Below are positions 49,324-60,652 of a stretch of DNA of 64,000 nucleotides, one piece after another. The notes under the pieces were generated by a model, which saw only the letters and a list, made by a program, of their open reading frames with translations, did no database searches and was not told the origin of the DNA. The DNA comes from Desulfatiglandales bacterium (GTDB lineage Bacteria > Desulfobacterota > DSM-4660 > Desulfatiglandales > HGW-15): the NCBI GenBank assembly GCA_049366815.1, contig JBMNCO010000161.1, forward strand, positions 14,658-78,657, read 5' to 3'. Made by a program: the position numbers and the translations under genes. Positions within the stretch are counted from its first letter, which is position 1, and each line of letters opens with the position of its first letter.

Positions 49324-51342
49324 CTATGTCCCTGCCGCGCCGGACCCACCCATTCCCAGTGCAGTAATCACCAGTTCGTTCAAATCCATCACCTGCAGGG
49401 TCTCTTCCATGCCCGCTGTCTTACGGGCATCTTCCAACATGATAAGACAAAGGGGACAGGCTGTAACCAGAAGCTTTGCACCAGTCGCCGCCGCCTCTCT
49501 TATGCGGATTTCGGACATCTTGGGATCTCCGTCCATGTCCTCCTGCCAAATCCTGTCTCCCCCGCCCCCGCAGCACAGACTATCGGCCCTGTTATGGGCC
49601 ATTTCCACCAGTTCCAGACCCGGAATGGCCTGGATGACCCTTCTAGGGGCATCAAATATTCGGTTGTGGCGTCCAAGATAACAGGGATCATGATATGTGA
49701 CCCTGAAATCCAAAGGGTTTTTAAAGGAGAGGACACCCCTGCTGACCATCTCTTCCAGGAATTCCGTATAGTGACGGATCCGACATTCAGTCCTTTCCCC
49801 CTTTTCCTGCAGGGCATGGAATGCAGGATATTCATTTTTCATCGTGTGGAAGCAGTGTGGAGAGGAAGTGACCAGATCCGTGATATTATAGCGATCCAAG
49901 AGATCCGTGGTCTCCTCCACCTTCATCTCGAAAAGTCCATCCTCTCCGGCACGACGGGCGATGTCTCCACAACAGGGTTCTTTCTTGCCCAAAGTTCCGA
50001 ATGGTATCTTACCATACTCTAAAATGCGTACAAAGGAACGGGCGATTTCCTGTGCCCGGGAATCCATTGACGTGGTGCACCCGACAAAATAACAGAGGTT
50101 ACCCTCTTCGGCTCCATCGCTCAGGTCCGGGATCTCCAAATCCTTCGACCAGTTGGCACGTTTCTTCTTTGTGGCCTCCCAGGGGTTGTTGTACTTGTAG
50201 ACATTTTTTAGAGACTGGGCAAGGAGGGACGGCATACGGGTGCCCTCTTCCACCACAGCGCTCCGCGCCTGCCGGATACTGTCGGGAGTTGCAACGTAAA
50301 CAGGACACACTTCCAGGCAGGCCCTGCAAGTGGTGCAATGCCAGATCCTTTCCTCATCCAATTCCCGATCCCCCGAACCCCCATTTGAGAACCATTCCCC
50401 GAAAACACCGAGGCCCGGAAATGGAGAGTATTTATTCAGAAGATTTGTCCTGGCCCACATGATAAATGCCCTGGGCGTAAAGGGTTCACCCGCCCCGGTT
50501 GAAGGGCAGACATCCACGCAACGGCCGCATCGGGTGCAGGCATCCATGGCAACCACATCGGACAATGTGTAAACTTCCCCGAGTTTTCCCTCCCCGCCCG
50601 CCGGCAGCATGCGGATCTGCCCACCTTTGAGAAACACGCTGGCAGGGGCAGCCAGGATATGAAACAGTTTGGAAAAGGGTATCGCAGCAATGAGTCCAAG
50701 GCTGAGAATGGCGTGAAACCACCAAAAAAAGGAATAAATCCCAAGCACATCCTGGGTGTCTTTCCACAGGAATGTCAGCCAATGCCCCACAAAGGACCAT
50801 GAGGCCCAGGGAGGTTGCTGCGCGGCGATTCGACTGCCCTCCAGGATAAAACCGGTCACGGCCACCGCCAGTATCCAGAGAGGGAGCAGAAGGTCCTCGG
50901 GGCGTCTCTCGAGCCTCGACACGCGTTGAACATATCTTCGGATCAGGGCCCACAGGAGTCCGACCGTCAACATGAGCCCCAGGATCTCCAGCAAGAATGA
51001 ATACCAAAGATAAAAAGATCCCTTAAGAAAATGGAAAAGCCAGTAATCCGCCGAGATGAGCAAGGTGCCCACAAAGAGCCCGGCAAACCCCCAGAAGATG
51101 AGCGCATGCATGAGGCCGGAGGACAAGTCCCCAAGGAATATCCTGCGCCCCAACAGACCGTCCAGGATGAGACTGGAAAGGCGTCCTGCTGACAGATTGA
51201 ACTCCTTTCCCCGGACGGCCCTTTTCCATAGGCAAAGGTGTCTGTAAAGGCCTAGGGCAAAGACAGCCACAGCCAGAACGGCCAAGACATAGAAAAGCCA
51301 AACGGGTGAAATTTGCCAGTATGAGGGGCGGAAAGGTGTCAT
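49324..51342 (-). CDS. Membrane-bound FeS oxidoreductase (cassette 2)
   Basis: N-terminal TM helices. CTRCGRCVDVCP and CTTCRACLEVCP. CCG-type CYLGRH ... SLCCGGGG ... TACPLCLIM. Confidence 0.85.
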   Translation of the reverse strand: MTPFRPSYWQISPVWLFYVLAVLAVAVFALGLYRHLCLWKRAVRGKEFNLSAGRLSSLILDGLLGRRIFLGDLSSGLMHALIFWGFAGLFVGTLLISADYWLFHFLKGSFYLWYSFLLEILGLMLTVGLLWALIRRYVQRVSRLERRPEDLLLPLWILAVAVTGFILEGSRIAAQQPPWASWSFVGHWLTFLWKDTQDVLGIYSFFWWFHAILSLGLIAAIPFSKLFHILAAPASVFLKGGQIRMLPAGGEGKLGEVYTLSDVVAMDACTRCGRCVDVCPSTGAGEPFTPRAFIMWARTNLLNKYSPFPGLGVFGEWFSNGGSGDRELDEERIWHCTTCRACLEVCPVYVATPDSIRQARSAVVEEGTRMPSLLAQSLKNVYKYNNPWEATKKKRANWSKDLEIPDLSDGAEEGNLCYFVGCTTSMDSRAQEIARSFVRILEYGKIPFGTLGKKEPCCGDIARRAGEDGLFEMKVEETTDLLDRYNITDLVTSSPHCFHTMKNEYPAFHALQEKGERTECRIRHYTEFLEEMVSRGVLSFKNPLDFRVTYHDPCYLGRHNRIFDAPRRVIQAIPGLELVEMAHNRADSLCCGGGGDRIWQEDMDGDPKMSEIRIREAAATGAKLLVTACPLCLIMLEDARKTAGMEETLQVMDLNELVITALGMGGSGAAGT

Positions 51343-51926
51343 GATGATTTCAAAATACCTCGTGTAAAGATCTCAACAAACAGATTCGCCAATGCCTCGG
51401 GACCTACGGTGCCCCCCTTGTGGTACCATTTGATCGTGTAATGGACCATCCCGAAAAATGCAAAGGTCGCGATGGCCGGATCAATGCCCTTCATTTTTCC
51501 GCTCTTTGTCAATTCCAGCAATATGGACTTGATCAGTTCCACGTAAAGTCGCTGCTTTTTTAACAGGATTCGATGGTGACGATCACTGAGTAAAGCCATC
51601 TCATTGACCAAGAGGGCGAGGCTTTCCTGTTCCCCCGCGTAATAGCGGGCGTAGAATACCAATACTTCGCTCAATTTCTCTTCCGGCGAGAGATCGGACG
51701 CGCAAGTCTCCGTGAGCGACTTAAGGGCATCGTCCATGGCATCGTTCATCAGATCGAAAAGGATCTCTTCCTTGCTCTTGAAGTAATGATAGAGGGAGGA
51801 CTGATTCATACCAAGGGCCCTGCCGATTTCCCTCATGGATGTCCCCTGATACCCCTTTTCGCAAAAGAGCCCGGCGATAACCTTTTTTATCTCAAACACC
51901 TTTTCAAGGTTTTTTTGTTTAGCCAT
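51339..51926 (-). CDS. TetR-family transcriptional regulator (cassette 2)
   Basis: HTH TSMREIGRALGMNQSSLYHYFKSKEEIL. The stop overlaps the downstream start (ATGA at 51339-51342). Confidence 0.9.
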   Translation of the reverse strand: MAKQKNLEKVFEIKKVIAGLFCEKGYQGTSMREIGRALGMNQSSLYHYFKSKEEILFDLMNDAMDDALKSLTETCASDLSPEEKLSEVLVFYARYYAGEQESLALLVNEMALLSDRHHRILLKKQRLYVELIKSILLELTKSGKMKGIDPAIATFAFFGMVHYTIKWYHKGGTVGPEALANLFVEIFTRGILKSS

Positions 51927-51947
51927 CACAATACCTTCACATTATAG

Positions 51948-51990
51948 AACGAACGATTGTTTTATACAATTCAAAGACTCATTTTGTCAA
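51948..51990 (-). promoter_or_regulatory. Candidate tetR2 operator (AACGAACGATTGTTT) plus promoter (-35 TTGACA, -10 TATAAA)
   Basis: The 15-mer is at 51948-51962. TGTCAA at 51985-51990 (TTGACA on the minus strand). TTTATA at 51961-51966 (TATAAA on the minus strand) with an 18-nt spacer, overlapping the 15-mer. Confidence 0.45.
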
Positions 51991-51993
51991 TCA

Positions 51994-52067
51994 TTTTTGT
52001 GACACTTTAGGCCCTTGAAAATTACCCCATCACGGAGGGGCCATGGGAATCTCTTTTCAAAAACGAA
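51994..52067. repeat. Structured repeat element, solo left arm (partial copy 3)
   Basis: TTTTTGTGACACTTTAGGCCCTTGAAAATTACCCCATCACGGAGGGGCCATGGGAATCTCTTTTCAAAAACGAA matches the first ~75 nt of copies 1 and 2, then diverges. Confidence 0.7.
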
Positions 52068-52215
52068 CGGCTTGTCTAAAGGGTTTACAATCCCGTCTTT
52101 TTCCGCTAAAACTCTTTTTCATTCAATAATTATCTCATCAATCCGCGGCTGTCAGAGTTTCGCACTATGCCGGGGACAGTGCGGATGTCTAAATCCAATA
52201 AAAAAGGAGCAAAAA

Positions 52216-52758
52216 ATGACCGAATCCCAAGAAATTATCGCGACCATTGAAACGGACAAAGGACCGATCCGTCTCCGGCTCTTCGGCAGCGAAGTGCCTT
52301 TTACGGCCGCCAATTTTATTAACCTGGCCCGCCGCAAGTATTACGACGGCCTCAAGTTTCACCGCGTCATCGCCGATTTTATGATTCAGGGCGGATGCCC
52401 GCTGGGGACAGGGACCGGCGGCCCGGGATACCGATTTCAGGACGAATTTGTCAAGGAACTCAGGCATGACAAGCCTGGAATCCTCTCAATGGCCAACGCG
52501 GGCCCCGGCACAAACGGCAGCCAGTTTTTTATCACCCATTTACCAACCCCTTGGCTGGATCAGAAACATTCGGTTTTCGGTGAAGTCCTTGGCCAGGAAG
52601 ATCAAGATGTGGTGAACAGCATTGCCCAGGGAGACAAGATCCGGACGGTTACTATTGAAGGAGATCTGACTGAATTATTGGGAAAAACCAAAGTCAAACT
52701 GGATCAATGGAACAAGACGCTGGATCAGAACTTTCCGCAACTTTCGAAGGCGTCGTAA
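52216..52758 (+). CDS. Peptidyl-prolyl cis-trans isomerase, cyclophilin type
   Basis: AAGGAG lies upstream of ATG 52216. [15 protein letters not shown] and [17 protein letters not shown] motifs. Confidence 0.9.
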   Translation: MTESQEIIATIETDKGPIRLRLFGSEVPFTAANFINLARRKYYDGLKFHRVIADFMIQGGCPLGTGTGGPGYRFQDEFVKELRHDKPGILSMANAGPGTNGSQFFITHLPTPWLDQKHSVFGEVLGQEDQDVVNSIAQGDKIRTVTIEGDLTELLGKTKVKLDQWNKTLDQNFPQLSKAS

Positions 52759-52889
52759 CCCATGAGGACACCACATAGGCAATGACAATAAAGGGCATCC
52801 CCGCAATGTTATATGAGGGGCGACCATCCCCCTATTCGTCTTATTCCTTTTTTGGAAATCTGCAAAGCCCTATTTAATGCAGTCGGATT

Positions 52890-53132
52890 TCAGTCAAAGA
52901 TTTTCTTGACAACGGTATTGGTCCTGAGGATTTCAAAAGTATTTTCGTCAAGAGAACTTACAGGACCGAATTCTGGATTATCAAGGGATGGGGGCCCCGC
53001 CTTAGTGATTGATATACTGCCGTCGAGGAGTTCTGTTTTTATAAATTCTTGAAAGCAATGGATTGTGTAAGAGGTTCCATGATCGTCAACAGCTTCAAAC
53101 GTATCAATGAGTTCCACATGGCTTTTCACCAT
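52890..53132 (-). CDS. Small hypothetical protein (80 aa)
   Basis: AGGAGG lies 6 nt upstream of ATG 53132. No recognisable domain. Confidence 0.5.
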   Translation of the reverse strand: MVKSHVELIDTFEAVDDHGTSYTIHCFQEFIKTELLDGSISITKAGPPSLDNPEFGPVSSLDENTFEILRTNTVVKKIFD

Positions 53133-53581
53133 TATGTACCTCCTAATAGAGAGAAGGTGACCAAACCCTCATGTTGGGATAAACTTCCTCATCCACCATG
53201 CCTACTCCTTGCCCCTCTTTTCGTATTTCTTGATTTGTTTTTCGATGCCCTCTTTTTAGGTATCTTTTAAACTCTTGCCAAGATTGACGGCTGGAATTTT
53301 ACACCACCAATTGAATATTCATTTGACGCGCTTTTAAAATGCACTCTCACCCATTTTGGCACGCTACAAACAATTTTCATTGAAGTCAATAAAAAGCCTG
53401 GCTACCATCCTTTTTTTTTGGCCGAATTGGCATTTTTTCAATTCACGATGAAGCATGCGACCCGCAAAGGAAACCCCCCGCAACCAGGGCACGAGGATTC
53501 ACCGTGTCGGCAGCGTTCAGATTCTCTCAGGAAAAATATTCCAGTTCTGTAAGGACTGGTGAACCATCCTCAAGACATAAA

Positions 53582-53618
53582 ATACAAGGGGTTGCGAAAA
53601 TTCCGCAACCCCTTGTAT
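53582..53618 (-). terminator. Perfect 15-bp hairpin downstream of groEL (candidate intrinsic terminator)
   Basis: ATACAAGGGGTTGCG - aaaattc - CGCAACCCCTTGTAT. On the minus strand it is followed by TTTAT. It lies ~125 nt after the groEL stop. Confidence 0.55.
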
Positions 53619-53742
53619 TTAAAGAGGCAAGGTCGTCCATGGACCCACTTTGCACCTGCCGCAGTGCTTGCCGCAGACGACCTTTATCTATTGTTTAACC
53701 GGACCGAATCGTCCGACATTATGTTACGAAACGGGCTGTCTC

Positions 53743-55410
<1,668 letters not shown>

Positions 55411-55444
55411 TTAATAACCGGTCATGAGCGCGTTGCAGGGATGC

Positions 55445-55732
55445 CTAATCTACAACGGCGATGATGTCGTCTTCCCGCATGATCAAGTGCTCTTCCCCAT
55501 CTATCTTAATATCCGTTCCAGCATATTTTCCGAAAAGGATTCGATCACCGACCTTTACCTCAAGGGGCTGTTTCTTACCGTTTTCGAGGACCTTTCCCCC
55601 TCCAACGGCCACCACCTTACCCTCAACGGGTTTCTCTTTTGCGGTGTCGGGTATAATGATGCCACCTTTGGTCTTTGCTTCCTCTTCCACTCTCTTGACA
55701 ATCACACGGTCCTGCAATGGTCTGATCTTCAT
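55445..55732 (-). CDS. groS: Co-chaperonin GroES
   Basis: [35 protein letters not shown] ..., 95 aa, immediately upstream of groEL. The track ORF is over-extended at the N-terminus. Confidence 0.95.
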   Translation of the reverse strand: MKIRPLQDRVIVKRVEEEAKTKGGIIIPDTAKEKPVEGKVVAVGGGKVLENGKKQPLEVKVGDRILFGKYAGTDIKIDGEEHLIMREDDIIAVVD

Positions 55733-56253
55733 TTTTAAATCTCCTCCCATTCTCGTAATAGATGTGAATATAATACGCCTTGCTCGCTTATGGCTGTAAT
55801 CTTGAAACAGATTGCGCCGTGCAAACGGTTTCCTTATCGCTCTACAGGCAAGGTCTTTATTTTCAGAGGTTTTAAAGTCTCCCACAAAGGGACACGGCCT
55901 GATTTTTTTGGGTCGGGTTTGAATCAGCAAGAAAATAATGATTGCCACAAAAATGTCAAGTCCATGCGGCAAAAAACTTTCCTCAAATGTCTCGTCAATG
56001 CCTTTGGTTCAAGGTGCATGCACGGCCCATCGTGGTCCGGCAGCCGATAAGGACTTGAAGGGATACCGCTGATTCAATTGCACCCAAAAGGGTTACCGCG
56101 ATTGATGGCAGGGCCGCAAATGAGCCTGCGCGGCACTTCATGGCGACTATTTCTCTATTGCAAATAACCTTTTGATATTATACTTTTTCCCAACGATACG
56201 ATATCCCGAACCGACACGGTGAATCGGAAAGAAGATCCCAGGAGAAGCCATTC

Positions 56254-58584
56254 ATGCCTCAAAGGTATAACAACATACTGGATCAAATCGGCCACACGCC
56301 ACTGGTCCCCCTCAAAAGACTGAGCCCCAACAAGGACGTTGAAATCCTGGCAAAGCTTGAATCCTTCAATCCCGGAGGATCCATCAAAGACCGGGCGGCC
56401 CTGGGCATGATCGAGGATGCCGAAGACAGGGGCGAACTGACTCCGGACAAGATCATCCTGGAGGCCACCAGCGGCAATACCGGCATCGGTCTTTCTTTGG
56501 TGGCCGCGGTGAAAGGCTATCGTATCCTCCTGGTCATGTCCGAGGCTGTCAGCGATGAACGGAAAAAAATACTGACCGCCATGGGGGCTGAATTGAAATT
56601 CACCCCCGCCCACCTATCAACGGATGGGGCCATAGAATACGTCTACAACCTTGTCAGAGAACAGCCTGATAAATATTGGCTCTCGGACCAGTTCAACAAT
56701 GAGTCTAACTGGATGGCGCATTACCGCCACACCTCCACGGAAATATGGGAACAAACCGGGGGGGAACTCAATGCCGTCGTCGCCAGCATCGGCACCAGCG
56801 GCACACTCATGGGGATATCGAGACGCTTCAGGGAGATGGCGCCCGATGTCAAAGTCGTAGGCGTGGAACCCTATTTGGGTCATAAAATCCAGGGCCTCAA
56901 AAACATGAAAGAATCGTATCGCCCGGGCATTTTTGACAAAAGGATACCCCATCTGATCATGAACATCGCCGATGAAGACGCCTTTCAAACGGCCAGGATA
57001 CTTGCCAAAAAGGAGGGCATATTTGCGGGGATGAGTTCCGGCGCGGCCTTGGCGGGGGCGATCAGGTTGGCGAGGGAAATGAAACGGGGACGAATCGTCG
57101 TCATCCTCCCTGACAGTGGGGAGAGGTACCTCAGTACCTCCCTTTTCATTGATAAAAAGAAATCCGGCCTGCTCATTTATAATACTCTGAACCGCAAAAA
57201 AGAGGAATTCACCCCAATCGAAGAAAAGCGGGTTTCTATTTACTCCTGTGGCCCTACCCTCTCGCAGCTGATCCATATCGGCCAATCCCGCCGCCTGGTG
57301 TTCGCCGACCTGTTGAGGCGCTACCTGGAATTTAAAGGATACGAAGTGACCATGGTAATGAATGTCACAGACCTCGACGATCGCACCATAGCCGGAGCGG
57401 AAAATGCAGGCCTTTCCCTCAAGGATTTTACGGAGAACTTCTATCAGGAGTTTCTTAACGACTTGGATGTCCTGAATATCAGGAAGGCTACACGGTATCC
57501 GAAGGTGAGCGAGCATGTGGACAACATGATACAATTGGCCCAACGACTCCTTGAAAAGGGCTATGCCTATGAAAAGTTTCGATCCGTCTATTTTGACATC
57601 TCTCGATTCAAAGATTATGGCAAGCTGTCACGGATAGATCTCGATAAGATGAAGTTGGGAAAGACCGTTGATCTTGAACAGTATGAAAAGGAAAACCCGA
57701 GGGACTTCACCCTTCTGAAGAGGTCCACTTTGAACGAGCTCAAAAGAGGCATTTTCTACCAGACCCGATGGGGCAACGTGAGACCCAGTTGGCATCTGGA
57801 GTGCCCGGCCATAGCCATGAAATATCTCGGAGACACCTATGATATCCATACAAGCAGCGTGGATCTCGTCTTTCCACATCACGAAAACGATATCGCCATC
57901 AGCCAGGCACTCACAGGAAAACCCCCGGCTAATTACTGGGTCCACAATGAACTCGTTATGATACAGGGGAAAAAGCCTTCAGGAACGCTGCAGGATGCCA
58001 CCTATGCCATTCAAACACTGATAAAGCGGGGATATTCAGGCCGGGTGATCCGCTACTTTCTGTTGAGCCATCCCTACCGAAAACCCCTGTCATTTTCCTT
58101 TGCAAAGCTGGATACGGCCAGGAATACTTTGTCACATCTGGACAAATTTACCCAGAAGGTCCACCTCTGCCGGAAAGGTCCCGTGTATCCGGAGATGGAC
58201 CAATTGGTCTATGAACTGGGAAAGAAGTTTACAGATGCCATGGATGATGACCTCAATATCGCCCAGGGACTGGCGGCCCTCTTCCATTTTACAGGAGAAA
58301 TTAATCGGATCATGGACCGGCGTGGCCTTGCTCATGAAGACCGGGGCAAAATCCAGGAGGTTCTGAAAAGCCTCAACGATGTCCTCGGTGTATTGGAACT
58401 CGATCGCCGCGAAGAAGATCCGGAAATAGAGGAACTGGTACAGGCAAGAGACGAGGCCCGCAGGGCAAAAGACTGGGTCACAGCGGATCGTATTCGTGGT
58501 GAATTGAAAAAGAAAGGAGTCGAGCTTATTGATACACGAGACGGCACGATGTGGCGGAGAGAGAGGGATTTGAAGCTGCAATAG
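56254..58584 (+). CDS. Fusion protein: cysteine synthase (CysK/CysM-type PLP enzyme) plus cysteinyl-tRNA-synthetase-like domain with degenerate class-I motifs
   Basis: The N-terminal ~300 aa carry GHTPLVPL, PGGSIKDRAA (PLP Lys), TSGNTG, GTSGT, SSGAA and LPDSGERYLST. The C-terminal ~470 aa are collinear with CysRS: SCGPT, HIGQ in place of HIGH, WHLECPA, FPHHENDIA, KPSGT in place of KMSKS, and a C-terminal ARRAKDWVTADRIRGELKKKGVELIDTRDGTMWRR. Confidence 0.85.
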   Translation: MPQRYNNILDQIGHTPLVPLKRLSPNKDVEILAKLESFNPGGSIKDRAALGMIEDAEDRGELTPDKIILEATSGNTGIGLSLVAAVKGYRILLVMSEAVSDERKKILTAMGAELKFTPAHLSTDGAIEYVYNLVREQPDKYWLSDQFNNESNWMAHYRHTSTEIWEQTGGELNAVVASIGTSGTLMGISRRFREMAPDVKVVGVEPYLGHKIQGLKNMKESYRPGIFDKRIPHLIMNIADEDAFQTARILAKKEGIFAGMSSGAALAGAIRLAREMKRGRIVVILPDSGERYLSTSLFIDKKKSGLLIYNTLNRKKEEFTPIEEKRVSIYSCGPTLSQLIHIGQSRRLVFADLLRRYLEFKGYEVTMVMNVTDLDDRTIAGAENAGLSLKDFTENFYQEFLNDLDVLNIRKATRYPKVSEHVDNMIQLAQRLLEKGYAYEKFRSVYFDISRFKDYGKLSRIDLDKMKLGKTVDLEQYEKENPRDFTLLKRSTLNELKRGIFYQTRWGNVRPSWHLECPAIAMKYLGDTYDIHTSSVDLVFPHHENDIAISQALTGKPPANYWVHNELVMIQGKKPSGTLQDATYAIQTLIKRGYSGRVIRYFLLSHPYRKPLSFSFAKLDTARNTLSHLDKFTQKVHLCRKGPVYPEMDQLVYELGKKFTDAMDDDLNIAQGLAALFHFTGEINRIMDRRGLAHEDRGKIQEVLKSLNDVLGVLELDRREEDPEIEELVQARDEARRAKDWVTADRIRGELKKKGVELIDTRDGTMWRRERDLKLQ

Positions 58585-58749
58585 GGCGTCTGGTTTTCGG
58601 TATCCAGGAGTGCATGCTCCATTGCCGGTTTTCTCCGGTGGTGCAAAAGCTCATGTTTCCCTTTTTATCAATCGTCCCCGAAGAATTTCATTGGTGCCAT
58701 TTACTTCGTTGGACTTTCCTTCACCGCATCTCTCTCTGCGCAGCGTATC

Positions 58750-59535
58750 TCAAAGGATGTAAACAGCGTCATCATTCAAGGGGGAATTGGCGCAAAAAAC
58801 CTCCTCTAACTGTACGCTGTTCAAGAATCTGCTATTATAGGAAGGGTCCTCAGCCAGGATCCTGATATCCTGCCCCAACTGGAAAAAGAGCCCTGGGTCA
58901 AAGCGGCAAAGTTTGGATTCCAGAAGCTCCCGCTCCCCCTCGCCGGCGTTTCGCAACCATTCAATCAGGGCTGTGCCATCCCTGAACCGTCCACATCCAA
59001 GAAGGCCGGAAAGGTCAGCGATGCGTGTGCCCCGTTCCGAAATGGATTCCAGGTACCATTCACTGATTCGCCCCGACCTCCATAGTCTTTCAAACAATTG
59101 GGGAAGGAGGGCTTCAGTTTTGATTTCCACCAGGGCATGTCTCTTCAGCCAATCGATAATCTCCCCCTTTGTCTCACCCACAGATTTGAATTGTTCCGTC
59201 AACGCCATATGTCGATCTTTAAGGACGGGGAACCGCTTACCCCGAACATGCACCAAGATCAGTCGTGGGTTTACGAGAAGATCGCCTGCGAGGGCCAATT
59301 CACAACAATCTGCATAATTTCCTGCACAAATTAGTGCGAGTTCATTTATGCGGGCCAGGGTCAGCCAGTAAAGCTCCTCATGAAATGGATGTATCTCATC
59401 CAACTCATTCAACGCGCTGACGAGGACGTGTTCATTCAAAGCGTGCAACTTACATTTGGCTTCCAAGTCTTCATTGAATGTCGAGAGCGCGTTCTTATCT
59501 GGAATAGGATTCAAGGCCAGTGTGTTTGCCTGCAT
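58750..59535 (-). CDS. Hypothetical protein (261 aa from ATG 59535), no recognisable domain
   Basis: Long ORF. AGGGGGAAA lies upstream of ATG 59535, whereas ATG 59598 has no RBS. Confidence 0.5.
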   Translation of the reverse strand: MQANTLALNPIPDKNALSTFNEDLEAKCKLHALNEHVLVSALNELDEIHPFHEELYWLTLARINELALICAGNYADCCELALAGDLLVNPRLILVHVRGKRFPVLKDRHMALTEQFKSVGETKGEIIDWLKRHALVEIKTEALLPQLFERLWRSGRISEWYLESISERGTRIADLSGLLGCGRFRDGTALIEWLRNAGEGERELLESKLCRFDPGLFFQLGQDIRILAEDPSYNSRFLNSVQLEEVFCANSPLNDDAVYIL

Positions 59536-60070
59536 TGTATTTCCCCCTAGGAAGGCGGATACATCAGTTTCCGTACGTATCCTTTTGTTTTTTATCATTA
59601 TCGAATAGAATGAGCCGTTTTCAATGTACAGCGGATCGTATTTATATCATTCAGTCCATATATCATACAAGATATATTTTAAGCGACAATATTTGACAAA
59701 ATCAAACTTTGCCGTCCGGCTTTCGTATCTATGGGGTTTCCAACGCAATGCGGGACTGATGACAAGTAAGGGGGTTTGTCGCGTTGTCAGGCAAGAGGGA
59801 AGTTTGAGTAGGGCGCCGGCACACAAAGCCGCACCTGAATGAAAAGAAAGCCGGCCGGTATCTAAACTTGGGTGAATCAGCCAAGCCTGATCAAGGCCGA
59901 CCATGTCCGGCAGAATCCATTTCCTGATCGATGGGGCAGGTAAAAGAGAAACCGAGGATCACAACGCCATTGGGAGCCGAGACACCTTTTGAGGATCTGC
60001 GGCCTCGTCACCGGGGTCGTTTTTTAGGGTGATTCCCTCCGGTTTCAAAGGATGGAGGCGTCTCACTTTC

Positions 60071-60652
60071 TTACATAACAGACCAGAACAGAGTCTTTCC
60101 AATTCGTTCCAGAAGGTCACCCACTTTATCAGGATTCACCACTGGGCTGACAGGTTGCCAATGCCGCCAATCTCCAAGTATCCCCTCATATAATACAGCA
60201 CATGCCCTGGAGATCAGAACGTCGCCCCTGAGGTTTGCCCCACGCATACACTCCTGCAGGGCATCTTTTATCCTGTCCCGCTGCGATGCGTCATCGGTGT
60301 GAAAAACGACAACTCTGGTTTCTGAATCCGGCCGACCGCTGCCGAACTTTCCGTAGACATGTCCGCCCTGGTATCTGCTTTCGAATTCATTGAGCAACAA
60401 GAGGCACGCATCAAGGCCGCTCAGCACAGCCGTTATTTTCCAACAATTGTATGCAGGGCCGAGGGCGATCCGGGTACGCCCTTCTTTGAGCTGAAAATAG
60501 AGATTCTGTATGCAGGGAAGGCATCTACCGTAAATGTTGGCCTTTGTCTTTTTCATATGGGGGTCACTTTCAAAACTGACCCAGAAGTCCCCCTTTTCGC
60601 TGCAGGGGATCTCTCCCACATATATGTGCCAATTATCTTTTCTCATGACCAT
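60071..60652 (-). CDS. Hypothetical protein (193 aa), no recognisable domain
   Basis: ORF with ordinary amino-acid composition. Weak RBS. No strong competing ORF. Confidence 0.45.
   Translation of the reverse strand: MVMRKDNWHIYVGEIPCSEKGDFWVSFESDPHMKKTKANIYGRCLPCIQNLYFQLKEGRTRIALGPAYNCWKITAVLSGLDACLLLLNEFESRYQGGHVYGKFGSGRPDSETRVVVFHTDDASQRDRIKDALQECMRGANLRGDVLISRACAVLYEGILGDWRHWQPVSPVVNPDKVGDLLERIGKTLFWSVM

Noticed and set aside
55733-56253. Looked for a CIRCE operator (TTAGCACTC-N9-GAGTGCTAA) or a sigma-32 promoter upstream of groES.
   Set aside because: There is no GCACTC/GAGTGC pair in the region. The only CTTGAA-like hexamer on the correct strand (about 56019-56027) lacks a CCCCAT-type -10 and would give a ~260-nt leader.
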